Below are positions 38,745-47,879 of a DNA stretch of 64,000 bases, one piece after another; the first letter of the stretch is position 1, and the number at the start of each line of letters is the position of its first letter. Where the stretch lies: the IMG/VR virus record IMGVR_UViG_2974672511_000001, positions 12,919 through 76,918 of that record, one strand, 5' to 3'. A program made the translations under genes and the position numbers. The notes under the pieces were generated by a model that ran no database searches, had not been told where the DNA came from, and worked only from the letters and a program-made list of their open reading frames with translations. The DNA comes from a virus. Its lineage: Duplodnaviria; Heunggongvirae; Uroviricota; Caudoviricetes; Schitoviridae.

Positions 38745-40604
38745 CTATGGTAGTCTACCAACTGCTCCTCTCCCTTCTGTATGTTTAACTCTGTTGAGTA
38801 CCTCTGCCTGTTTACCCAAGATGAATGGTCGGCTGTTCGGTGCACCTAAATATCCACAAACACGCATAGTAACTTCCATGTTATCAGAACCACAGTGAGC
38901 ACAATGGTAACCATCTAAACTTCGGTCTGCTTCCCCTGAGTGGCCACAGTCATGGCATACGTCAATAGGAATATTGACTCCAAGATAGGCAACATTGTCG
39001 TAAGCATAGTCCCATACCGTTTCTACCATGATCTTCTGCATGTTCTCTTGAACACGGGGAAGTTCTACGTAGCTGATAAAGCCTCCGTTGGCAATCTTCT
39101 GGAAGGGTGCTTCATAGTCCAACTTATCGAATGGACTTGTCTTAGCAAGTACATCTTGATGGAAGCTATTAGTGTAGTACCCTTTGCCCCACACACTGCC
39201 TGAGTCTGGGAATCGTGCTTGGTCAAGACGAGCAAAGCGGTCACATAACGACTCGCTAGGTGTGCTATATAAGCCCCAACCTAAACCGTCTTCTGCTTTC
39301 CACATGTCTACTGCATCACGCAACTTTTGTACGATATCTAGAGCTAAGCTCTTCGCATGCTCAGTCTTGTGTGGTTCAGCACCTAACAGCTCTTGTACAG
39401 TCTCATGGATACCAATGTAACCAAGTGAAATACTAGCCCGACCTGATTTAAATATACTAAATATATTATCGTCCGGTTTAAGTCTAACGCCACACGCCCC
39501 TTCGGTGTAAAGGATTGGAGCAACTGAAGCTTTAACGTTACGTAGCCGATCAACACGGCTATCAAGTGCACGTTTAGCAATAGCAATGCGTCCATCTAGA
39601 AGCTTCCAGAATGACGCAAGGTCACCTGCTTCTATGGCAATGCGCGGTAGATTGATACTTGTTACACCAAGATTATTTCTACCTGCATGACCATCTGCGT
39701 GGTCGCTAAGAAAAGATCTGCAACCCATAGGAGCTTTGTACGAACCTGTGTTGGACACGAGGGCATCGTAACTAAGAACGTCCGGGTACATACGCTTAGA
39801 AGTACACTCAATAGCAAGCTGCTTAATATCGTAGTTTACGTCGCCTGCCCTTCGATTGACTCCTTCACGGATGCCATAGACGAGTTTAGGGAAGACAGCA
39901 GTTCGTCCAGTTTTGCCCAATCCTCTAAGTCGGACTTTGAGAATTGATGACTGGATAAGTCTAGCTTCCCAAGAAGTTCCGAGGCCAAACCCAAGTGTAC
40001 AGAAAGGCGTTTGACCGTTGGCAGTGTGCAATGTATTGATTTCGTATTCAAGACCTTGGAATGCATCATACGTCTCCTTCTCTGTTGCAAGACGTGCTTC
40101 AATGGCTGCTTTCTCATCATCATCTGTAAGACGTTGGAACGTAGAGTACCACTTCTTATAGGATAGCTTAACGTATGGCGCAAGGACTTCGTCAATGCGA
40201 TCAATAGTGTTGCCACCATAGATGTGAGATGCTACCTGTGCAATAATCTGCGCTGTAATCGATGTTGCTGTGCCGATTGACTTGGGAGTTTCAATCTCTG
40301 CATTACCCATTTTAAATCCTTGGGTAAGCATCCCCTCAAGGTCAATAAGCATACAGTTAAACATCGGGAACAGTGGAGCATAATCGAGGTCATGGTAATG
40401 TATATCACCTGAGTGATGTGCATCAATGACATCTTTAGGGATAAAGCGGTCTGCCAGTGCTTTGGACACTTCCCCTGCTACCATGTCGCGCATTGTTGGA
40501 ATACGTTCACTAGCCTTGTTGGCGTTGTTATGGGCTAAGGTCGAATCCATCGTGTTATCTACGATATCCACGATGGTTTGTATAGTATCTGAGTTAAATG
40601 CCAA
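38745..40604 (-). CDS. nrdD: anaerobic ribonucleoside-triphosphate reductase (class III)
   Basis: IHYHDLD near the N-terminus. CHDCGHSG...CAHCGSD zinc ribbon. C-terminal glycyl-radical motif MRVCGYLG...GKQAEVLNRVKHT. Confidence 0.8.
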   Translation of the reverse strand: MAFNSDTIQTIVDIVDNTMDSTLAHNNANKASERIPTMRDMVAGEVSKALADRFIPKDVIDAHHSGDIHYHDLDYAPLFPMFNCMLIDLEGMLTQGFKMGNAEIETPKSIGTATSITAQIIAQVASHIYGGNTIDRIDEVLAPYVKLSYKKWYSTFQRLTDDDEKAAIEARLATEKETYDAFQGLEYEINTLHTANGQTPFCTLGFGLGTSWEARLIQSSILKVRLRGLGKTGRTAVFPKLVYGIREGVNRRAGDVNYDIKQLAIECTSKRMYPDVLSYDALVSNTGSYKAPMGCRSFLSDHADGHAGRNNLGVTSINLPRIAIEAGDLASFWKLLDGRIAIAKRALDSRVDRLRNVKASVAPILYTEGACGVRLKPDDNIFSIFKSGRASISLGYIGIHETVQELLGAEPHKTEHAKSLALDIVQKLRDAVDMWKAEDGLGWGLYSTPSESLCDRFARLDQARFPDSGSVWGKGYYTNSFHQDVLAKTSPFDKLDYEAPFQKIANGGFISYVELPRVQENMQKIMVETVWDYAYDNVAYLGVNIPIDVCHDCGHSGEADRSLDGYHCAHCGSDNMEVTMRVCGYLGAPNSRPFILGKQAEVLNRVKHTEGRGAVGRLP

Positions 40605-40614
40605 TTACTCCTCC

Positions 40615-40809
40615 TTACCCTTCATATGCTTGATTGCATGTTGCCATCTGAGCGAATGTTTTATCCAAACACGGGGCTTCAATGATAATGCGTGTGGCGC
40701 TCTGGGAACGCCACTTAGCTGCTTGGACCTTACAGGTGAATACACCTACAGTTTCCCACTCATTGGTATAATCTAACTCCCGCGCCACGTGTAGAATGTG
40801 TGCGCTCAT
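40615..40809 (-). CDS. hypothetical protein (64 aa)
   Basis: Overlaps the stop of the upstream gene. No motif. Confidence 0.35.
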   Translation of the reverse strand: MSAHILHVARELDYTNEWETVGVFTCKVQAAKWRSQSATRIIIEAPCLDKTFAQMATCNQAYEG

Positions 40810-41228
40810 AGGTCTGCCTCCTTAACATACATACCATCGACCATCTTACCTTTACGGTCTTTGATCTCTTGGTACGAAGCATTAAGACAGTAGGCATATC
40901 CCCAATCGTTACGCTCTGCTATATTAATAGCAACCACACCCATGTCGCCTAGACCATCTTTGAGAGCTGCTTGCGCATCCTCAGGGTCAACAGCCTTAAT
41001 ACGTCCTGAGTCGTGTAACTGCTCAGTCCATAAACGGACTTGATCGGCAATAGCCATAGAGTCTTGTCCCGGCATCTGTGCAGCTACAACCTCAATGAAC
41101 TCTTCCAATAGTTTCTTGGTTTGGTTCCAATCATTTGTACCCTCAATAAGATTACGGTCATGGTGCCAACGGGTAATATTCTCAATCACCTGCGGGGCAA
41201 TATTATTATTCGGTTTGGTGTTTAACAT
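40806..41228 (-). CDS. MazG-like nucleotide pyrophosphohydrolase (all-alpha NTP-PPase)
   Basis: KLLEEFIEVV (E-x-x-E) and LKDGLGDMGVVAINIAE helices typical of the MazG/HisE fold. 140 aa. Confidence 0.45.
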   Translation of the reverse strand: MLNTKPNNNIAPQVIENITRWHHDRNLIEGTNDWNQTKKLLEEFIEVVAAQMPGQDSMAIADQVRLWTEQLHDSGRIKAVDPEDAQAALKDGLGDMGVVAINIAERNDWGYAYCLNASYQEIKDRKGKMVDGMYVKEADL

Positions 41229-41793
41229 TTACACACTCCTTGAACTTAACCATACGGGCTGCGAACTCTTCATTACGTTTACGTTCAAATTCAGGACGGC
41301 CTTTCAACTCCTTAATGAATCTTTCGTAATCCGTATGAAACTCGAATTCGCGGGCAGCTCTGCTTTTACCCTTACCAACTCTGGTATGAAGATCGCTAAT
41401 GCGCTCATCCATATCCTTGGCGTGAGGGTGAACCATGTAATAAAGCTCTTGCTGATCATAATCATGCATCCAACGGAAGACTAGTTTAGGTCCGTGTAGA
41501 GGGTCACTTAAGTAACAGTGATCCCCATCATCAATGCATGAGTGTCTGAAGCTGCTTATAAACCCTGAGGTGCTTTCCCAAGTGCTTAACCAATTCCCTG
41601 AGTCCAAGAACCCATAAGGATTTTGATCACAATTCAGGATAGTACCTACCACTTCATAGAATTCATCGAATTCTGATTGCATGTGGTCAGAGGTTTCGCG
41701 TAGGTGTGGGTTTTCGAATAGCTCTAGAGCTTTTAGTACATCCGCTTTAGCGTCTGCAACACTCGCATCCCATTCCTTGATTTTAGCATCCAT
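41206..41793 (-). CDS. hypothetical protein (about 195 aa)
   Basis: The ORF-track start is a GTG at 41910. The ATG at 41793 with GAGGTG RBS is preferred. Confidence 0.4.
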   Translation of the reverse strand: MDAKIKEWDASVADAKADVLKALELFENPHLRETSDHMQSEFDEFYEVVGTILNCDQNPYGFLDSGNWLSTWESTSGFISSFRHSCIDDGDHCYLSDPLHGPKLVFRWMHDYDQQELYYMVHPHAKDMDERISDLHTRVGKGKSRAAREFEFHTDYERFIKELKGRPEFERKRNEEFAARMVKFKECVNVKHQTE

Positions 41794-41921
41794 CGTGCAC
41801 CTCAGACTTCTTACGTTTACGCGTATTCTTGCGATTACGTTTTTCGATCTTGGCTTGTTCACGTTCATTACGACGAGCTTGGTAATCGTTATGTTCCCAA
41901 CTTTCTTCACCTAAGTGTCGT

Positions 41922-42185
41922 TTATTGCCCATGTGCTTCTCCTGCTAATGCAAAATATGCAGCACCGTCAACATAATCGTCTAGGCGGAAATCACCACCC
42001 TTAGCGCGTGCTGCCTTTAGGAAAACCATGAACATCCAGCCCTGCTCTTCCGTCAGTTCCAAGTTGTACATGGCGTTAAAAGATTCGACCGTAGCTTTCA
42101 TACTACGCTCTTCATCTGTATCACGTTCAGATGCTCTGTCACCTATGCAGGTGGCAGCAGTATCTAGGATCTCATCAGCTTTCAT
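41922..42185 (-). CDS. hypothetical protein (87 aa)
   Basis: Compact ORF. Overlaps the thyX 3' fragment stop. Confidence 0.4.
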   Translation of the reverse strand: MKADEILDTAATCIGDRASERDTDEERSMKATVESFNAMYNLELTEEQGWMFMVFLKAARAKGGDFRLDDYVDGAAYFALAGEAHGQ

Positions 42186-42609
42186 TGGTCAGCTCCTTCC
42201 ATGCCATCGGGAACAGAGGAGAGATAAGATCACCAATCTCTTTAGCCAGCTCTTGGATCTCAAGTTGTGCGTGACTATCGGTACGTTGGTTGTAGAAGCG
42301 TGCAAATGCAGCTAGAGAGCCTGTCCAGTACCAGTTAACTTCACAGCCTTGTGGTAGTAGGAAACGTGCTTGTTCTTCTGCAACACCACTAGCAAGCATA
42401 TCTTCATAGTCTTGGATTGCAGAATGTACTGAATCACGATAAGCCTTTTGAAGCTTAGCGTTATCAGGGTGTAGGCCACCACTACCTTGTTTCTTATTAT
42501 CGGCCTGAATACGGAATTCAGGGACAAAGAAAGTAGGCGTACTGCTAATGTAACGACGTGATTCTTCGTTCTCAGTAAATCCTACCTTGTGTTTAAACTC
42601 GATCTTCTC
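42175..42609 (-). pseudogene. thyX: thyX 3' portion (C-terminal ~145 aa of flavin-dependent thymidylate synthase): exon 2 of an intron-split gene or a split-gene fragment
   Basis: In-frame translation upstream of the ORF-track Met gives ...FTENEESRRYISS...ARFLLPQGCEVNWYWTGSLAAFARFYNQRTDSHAQLEIQELA. These are ThyX S-x-N-E-x-S-x-R-Y and C-terminal hallmarks. No start codon; the frame is closed by TAG at 42610. Confidence 0.6.
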
Positions 42610-42657
42610 CTAGGGGCGTTAACCCTAAGACGTTCTCTAATGAACTGCTACATATCT

Positions 42658-43314
42658 CTATGTAGAAGAGACTATATCATCACCGTCATCTTCTGTTACG
42701 GTGTCCTGCGCTTCCATCGCACTTGCGATGTACTCCCCTACGGGATAGTCGTTGCACCTTCCGCTTTTGCGGCTTGGCTCAGGATTGCCCACAGCACCAT
42801 CTGTTTGGGGTTCCCCTGAATTCACAGGAATTAACTCCGTAAGTTTCTTTACGGAACTGCTTAAACTGTATGTCTGAGTATTTCTATCAAAGTTTACTAA
42901 CCCTGCTTGAATCAGGGAGTATGCAACTTCTTCTAGTTGTGCATGACACGTTCTATGTTCTGACTTGGACATAGGTATCAGATTGTCCTTCGTATTATTG
43001 AGCTTATCACCATCAACATGGTGCACTACATGATCCTCAGGGATATCGGGGAATTGGATACGGTGGGCAGGGACATATTTATCCCCAGTGTATACAAGGT
43101 GGTAGCCTTGTTTAGTGATGTATCCATCTCCGTAGCCCCTAGCATCTTTGCGGAGCTTTTTAGCACATTTAGTGCAGTTTAGCTTACCTTCTTTGGGGAA
43201 AGTTGTAGTTAGACGCTCTTTGTTACATTCAGGACATTCAACTAGGTATTTATAACGGGGTTTCCCGCTAGGGAACTCACCGTCACGAATAATTTCTTTG
43301 TATAGCTTAGACAT
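42658..43314 (-). mobile_element. HNH endonuclease ORF inserted inside thyX (intron-encoded or free-standing homing endonuclease)
   Basis: Zinc-ribbon CPEC...CTKC, then canonical HNH HHVDGDKLNNTKDNLIPMSKSEHRTCH. Flanked by the two ThyX fragments. Confidence 0.7.
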
Positions 43315-43367
43315 ATTTTGGTCTCCGTTTAGTGTTTAGTACATATTACTAATCGGAGTTCAGTTAG

Positions 43368-43583
43368 TCAACACTGCGTACGTATTGGAATAGGTGCACG
43401 CACTCGTACTGTAATTGTGGGATGTTGGAAAGGAGTAATATGCCGGTGTTTAGCCAGATATTTAATAAGGCGTTCATTTTGTTCCTCAGTGCGACTACTG
43501 TCGCCTTCGTTAGCAAAGGAAACTCGGGCAGCACTTACAATGCTGTCGTCGCTTCCCATGTAATCAATCAATTCTACGTGCAT
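43368..43583 (-). pseudogene. thyX: thyX 5' portion (N-terminal 70 aa)
   Basis: MHVELIDYMGSDDSIVSAARVSFANEG...LIKYLAKHRHITPFQHPTITVRVRAPIPIRTQ matches the ThyX N-terminus up to just before the RHR motif, then stops. Confidence 0.65.
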
Positions 43584-43591
43584 TTAGCCTC

Positions 43592-43804
43592 CTAATCTTG
43601 AGTGTTATCGAATACTTCCCAACCTATCTTCTTTTCCATGATGATATTCATGTAGATAAGTACAAAAATGGGGATGATTCCCCACATCCCCATAGTAGGG
43701 AATACCAATGTTAAGGCTAGTAGGTAGATTAGGATATCTACAGTATTACAAATAGGTTTAAACATGAAACGGAAGAATTTATTATGCATCATACATCTCT
43801 CCAT
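43592..43804 (-). CDS. small membrane protein (2 TM, 70 aa)
   Basis: Two hydrophobic helices. Confidence 0.4.
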   Translation of the reverse strand: MERCMMHNKFFRFMFKPICNTVDILIYLLALTLVFPTMGMWGIIPIFVLIYMNIIMEKKIGWEVFDNTQD

Positions 43805-43877
43805 TTGCCGTGTTGGACTCTAGGTTTTCACAGATTTCAACTAACGGGCTTAATACGATTTGAGACATTTAGTTTCC

Positions 43878-44153
43878 TTAATTATCTTCGAGAATATCTG
43901 CCATCTTGTGGTAGTCAGATATTAATTTCATTTCTTTGTACAACGCGTACATATGTGGAGCCATTTCTTTGAATTGCTCCTCACCTATATCCTTCGCAAT
44001 GCGGGATAAACCCGCAAGGGAAGTATTAATAGGTCTGTGTGCCAGCCTTTGAAGTCCCGGATCCGGTCTTACTATGGAACCCCCCGAAGAGGAGTTCACA
44101 TATAAACCTTGGTCAGTCCCAAAAGGATCACACATTCTATCTGCCGACGACAT
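43878..44153 (-). CDS. hypothetical protein (91 aa), C-terminal ...ADILEDN
   Basis: Overlaps the stop of the DNA polymerase gene. Confidence 0.4.
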   Translation of the reverse strand: MSSADRMCDPFGTDQGLYVNSSSGGSIVRPDPGLQRLAHRPINTSLAGLSRIAKDIGEEQFKEMAPHMYALYKEMKLISDYHKMADILEDN

Positions 44154-46683
44154 TTAGAATCTCCTTTCTACTTAGGTTATTTTTAATGTTTACCGCGTCT
44201 TTCCATGACGGGTAGAAGATATCCAACTCTGCACCAATTTTAACGGTATCGTGCCAGTCGAGTTCAGGTAATCCATGGCTTTCCATACACTCTACTAGGT
44301 TATTGTTTAACCACTCAACTGCACCGACTTCATCAGGGAGTATCAGATAACACGCATCGTGAATCAGCGCACTGATGTGGATACGGCAACGATATTCTGA
44401 AGCATTGATTCTTTCCTGCAACATAGATGCTGCTTTGGAGTTAACAAGACCATAAGATTGACCTAGAGCATTACCTGCTGTACGTCCTTCTGCTGCAGCC
44501 TCTTTAGGCATACGAGGGGCACCCCACACTACATTACGGATCAGGGGAGTTCTAACTCTTAATCCATAAGCTACTGTGACGTAACCATCTTTGTTTGCCT
44601 TCTGTAGTCTATCTTGTACCCACTTATCCGACACTTGATACATGTCATGATAAGACTCTTCAATGGACTTGGCTTCATCTCGCGAGAAACCACAGTTATT
44701 CATTAGAGTAGTAAAGGTGCCTTGATAGGTCAGAGCAAAGGTTGGAGCTTTAGATAACTGACGAAGATTGCCAAAGATCTTCTCATTCTTGAGTTGGTTC
44801 ACATTCTCAGGAGTTTCAGTCATCCAATCAGGCATCTGGTCTTTGAAGTAGTAGTAGGCACGTAGACAGTGCCCACAGTAACCATCCTCATACACCTTAA
44901 TCTTATTAGGATCTCGGGTGGTTAGAGCAGATACATAATCTTCGAGGGAGTTGTAATCGGCACCGGCAAACAGTTTTCCTTCGGGAGCACGGAAGCAATT
45001 CTTAATAAGTTTTGCGTACGTACTACCACTAGGGATCTGCTGAAGGTTAGGCTTACTAGATGATAACCGTCCAGAGACAGTTCCACCGAGATTAAACCCA
45101 CCATACAAGCGGTGTGTGCCGTCACTAACAGGAACAGCATTAAGGAAGTTGGGCATAAACGAGGAGATTATCTTATCTACTTTAGACAAGTGAATCAGAC
45201 AACGGATAATCATTATCTTATCCTTGTCCTTTGTATGCTTCTTCAACTTCTTGAGTGTCTTGGTTCCAGTGGCAGGCTGTTTAGTATCGGTCATATCCAA
45301 CACTGGGAATCCCCAATGAGTGTATAACAGTTCCTGCAACTGTTTAGGTGAACCTGGGTTCAACTCAAGGTCTAAGAAGTCATCCTCAGTCTTACGCTTA
45401 ACCTTCCGAGTAGTGTTATAGAGATGAGTCTCTTGTTGTCGCCTGATTTTGAGGTAGCCTACTTCTTCGAGCTTACGTTGTAGAAAACCATAGTAGGTAT
45501 CATGCAACCGTGTCAGCCGTTTATTGGCCTTAATCACTGAAGGCATGTGGAGAGGCATTCCAACCAATTCCATCTGCAATATCTGCTTAGCCGCTGGCTT
45601 AAACAGAGTGTCGTAAATCTCGCGCTGATCGTCCGCATCAACAGTACCATTGTGTTTGTTATACACATACCAAGTGGATAGGCAATCCACCAAGTTGTAC
45701 TGCATCAATTTGTCTTTTTTAATTAGACGAATATCGTTGATGTCGTCTTCAGCATAGTTACCTGCAAACTCATGGGCCTGATCTTTCAAGCTAAGTTTGT
45801 TACCAGCACACGAGTTAGTAGCCAAATATGTTAAGAGCTTAGTGTCATCAAAGTTCTTTGTGACAGCCTCAACACCTTCAACCATTCCCTCGTAATCTAG
45901 GTAGTCCTTCATCCACAAAGTGTAGACAAGGATTTTCAGATCGTATCCAGCGTTATGCCAGATTAGTTTACCTTTGTACTCGGTAAAGAACTTCTTGAGT
46001 AACGCTCTTACCTCTTCACTGTCTTCCCGTACACCGGGAGTCCCTACCGGTTTGATATCCATCAATTCCTGCATTTTGGAGAGCGGGGTATTATCGACAT
46101 AATCACAACAGATTACGCCACCCTCATGTTGATTCCATGCGAAACCTACGGTGCCGATACCGGCATCTCCAAAGAAGAGGGAAAACGTTTCTAAGTCACA
46201 ACTCAGTTCTGGATACTTGTGAAGCTTCTTAAGAAACTTCTCAATATCAGCAACCTCATCGTAATACTCCGAGTGCTTAATAATATCCGAACCGAGTGTC
46301 TTAAACGTACCACTCATGTGGTCGTCCAAAGTCTTCAAAGACAAGGCTAACTTATCTCTATTCTTTGGGTCATAAAACAACGACTGGTAGTTAATGCCAT
46401 AGATCACCTTAATATGTTCAAAACCCTTCCAAGCACAGTCCAGTACAGATCCTAGGTAAGGTTCTGCCTTTGTATTCTTGGTAAGCTTCTTGAAATATTC
46501 CCCATCAGCGCAGTAGACAACCTTAATACTAAGACTATCTAATGCTTTCAATAGGGTTGGGATATAGGCATTGGCCACTTTAGCTGAGGGTTTCTTCTGT
46601 CCTCCATAGTCGAGACTCAACGCTACGGTCTTGTCACGGTCTAAGGCAGGAAAGTAGTTATCCTCTATGTTGCGCTGTACCAA
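44137..46683 (-). CDS. DNA polymerase, family A (N4 gp39-like)
   Basis: Pol I motifs GADYNSLED (A), KAPTFALTYQG (B), LIHDACYL (C). 848 aa. Confidence 0.8.
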   Translation of the reverse strand: MVQRNIEDNYFPALDRDKTVALSLDYGGQKKPSAKVANAYIPTLLKALDSLSIKVVYCADGEYFKKLTKNTKAEPYLGSVLDCAWKGFEHIKVIYGINYQSLFYDPKNRDKLALSLKTLDDHMSGTFKTLGSDIIKHSEYYDEVADIEKFLKKLHKYPELSCDLETFSLFFGDAGIGTVGFAWNQHEGGVICCDYVDNTPLSKMQELMDIKPVGTPGVREDSEEVRALLKKFFTEYKGKLIWHNAGYDLKILVYTLWMKDYLDYEGMVEGVEAVTKNFDDTKLLTYLATNSCAGNKLSLKDQAHEFAGNYAEDDINDIRLIKKDKLMQYNLVDCLSTWYVYNKHNGTVDADDQREIYDTLFKPAAKQILQMELVGMPLHMPSVIKANKRLTRLHDTYYGFLQRKLEEVGYLKIRRQQETHLYNTTRKVKRKTEDDFLDLELNPGSPKQLQELLYTHWGFPVLDMTDTKQPATGTKTLKKLKKHTKDKDKIMIIRCLIHLSKVDKIISSFMPNFLNAVPVSDGTHRLYGGFNLGGTVSGRLSSSKPNLQQIPSGSTYAKLIKNCFRAPEGKLFAGADYNSLEDYVSALTTRDPNKIKVYEDGYCGHCLRAYYYFKDQMPDWMTETPENVNQLKNEKIFGNLRQLSKAPTFALTYQGTFTTLMNNCGFSRDEAKSIEESYHDMYQVSDKWVQDRLQKANKDGYVTVAYGLRVRTPLIRNVVWGAPRMPKEAAAEGRTAGNALGQSYGLVNSKAASMLQERINASEYRCRIHISALIHDACYLILPDEVGAVEWLNNNLVECMESHGLPELDWHDTVKIGAELDIFYPSWKDAVNIKNNLSRKEILNVVGR

Positions 46684-46748
46684 GGACTGCTCTTTAAGTA
46701 AAAGAGCTACTTCATACGGGCCATCAGCCCAAATAAAATGTTGGATGT

Positions 46749-47018
46749 TTAGTCCTCCAGTAAGTGTATTAGGTTTACCTGCTCGTAAATATCACGTAAG
46801 GTTTCCCCATAGTACTCAGTATGTTCCCACCCAGGTGCTAACACTTCTTTCCGATGAGTAGGGTTTAACGACATCCTTATGTTTTTACCTGTAGGTTCAA
46901 GTAAGCGTTCACTGTTTAGGGACGAACTACTATCTAAAGTGAATTTGACATACAAATCACCCTTACGGGCCATGTATAGCGCCTCGCATTCATTAGTAAA
47001 TCTTAATATTCGCCACAT
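46749..47018 (-). CDS. small protein, C-terminal tag family member (...YYGETLRDIYEQVNLIHLLED)
   Basis: C-terminal 20 aa match the family consensus. Confidence 0.45.
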   Translation of the reverse strand: MWRILRFTNECEALYMARKGDLYVKFTLDSSSSLNSERLLEPTGKNIRMSLNPTHRKEVLAPGWEHTEYYGETLRDIYEQVNLIHLLED

Positions 47019-47356
47019 TAACCCTCCAATAGTTTCTCCGTAAGCCGGACGTTAATAGACTCCATTGCCTCAGCATGCTTCAGCTTCAACTCCATTGCCT
47101 CTTCTGGCTCATCCTCTTGAGGATTTACCACATAATCAGTTACAAACTGATGTAAAGGTTTAGGGAGTAAATGGTATAGAGCCTGTTTAGTATTAGAGGC
47201 TGTTAATACATCAGAGATGTACCAATGGATTAAACTATCTGTATGCACAGAACCAAACGTGGTACTAGTAGTTAGTACTTCCATGAGGGTCTGCTGAATG
47301 TGAAATTTACTCATAGGCGTCAGAGTATCCGACGGTACGTGTCTATGTTCTCGCAT
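47018..47356 (-). CDS. hypothetical protein (112 aa)
   Basis: ATGA overlap coupling. Confidence 0.4.
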   Translation of the reverse strand: MREHRHVPSDTLTPMSKFHIQQTLMEVLTTSTTFGSVHTDSLIHWYISDVLTASNTKQALYHLLPKPLHQFVTDYVVNPQEDEPEEAMELKLKHAEAMESINVRLTEKLLEG

Positions 47357-47372
47357 GACAGACCCTCCGGTA

Positions 47373-47633
47373 TTAGCCGATTAGTTCTTCAAGAGCAGCC
47401 ACTTTACGCGAAACTGAATCAAGCTTGTTTACACGAACTTCGAAGTCTTCTCGCATTACAGCAAGAATCTTAAGCTCAACACCTAGATCAGCATCTTCGA
47501 ATTGCAGAGATTCACCACCAGCGCTTACGGTTAGTGGTGCATGGCTGTGTACAACGTTTAAGAAGTTCTTAAGACCTTCTATTTCAGATTCAAGTTTTGC
47601 TTTAGATGCTAGTAGTTCTTGTAGTTTAGACAT
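47373..47633 (-). CDS. coiled-coil protein (86 aa)
   Basis: Heptad pattern. Confidence 0.4.
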   Translation of the reverse strand: MSKLQELLASKAKLESEIEGLKNFLNVVHSHAPLTVSAGGESLQFEDADLGVELKILAVMREDFEVRVNKLDSVSRKVAALEELIG

Positions 47634-47693
47634 TTGGTGTTTCCTTTTGGTAGTTTAGGCATTAGTGCCTGAATAAAATTAAGTGTTACTGGT

Positions 47694-47879
47694 TTAGCCT
47701 TGAGAACTACCTTCGTAGATAATCTCAAAACCATTGCTATCGATACGTACGTCAGCCTCTTTCGGAGTCTCGAACGAACATACAGTAGCGTTTTCTAGGT
47801 CAGCGCAGTATGCAGTAAAGTGGCTACTACAGCCACCAAGCACAAGTGCAGCACCTAGAACGGTAAGTGCTTTTTTCAT
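47694..47879 (-). CDS. small lipoprotein (61 aa)
   Basis: MKKALTVLGAALVLGGCSS: signal peptide with LGGC lipobox. Confidence 0.5.
   Translation of the reverse strand: MKKALTVLGAALVLGGCSSHFTAYCADLENATVCSFETPKEADVRIDSNGFEIIYEGSSQG

Noticed and set aside
38745-38845. Apparent 100-nt overlap between nrdD and the HNH-AP2 ORF
   Set aside because: Artefact of the longest-ORF call. The HNH gene most likely starts at the ATG at 38734, ten nucleotides after the nrdD stop.
41794-41910. N-terminal extension of ORF 41206..41910
   Set aside because: It begins with GTG and adds a basic low-complexity leader. An ATG at 41793 has a good GAGGTG RBS.
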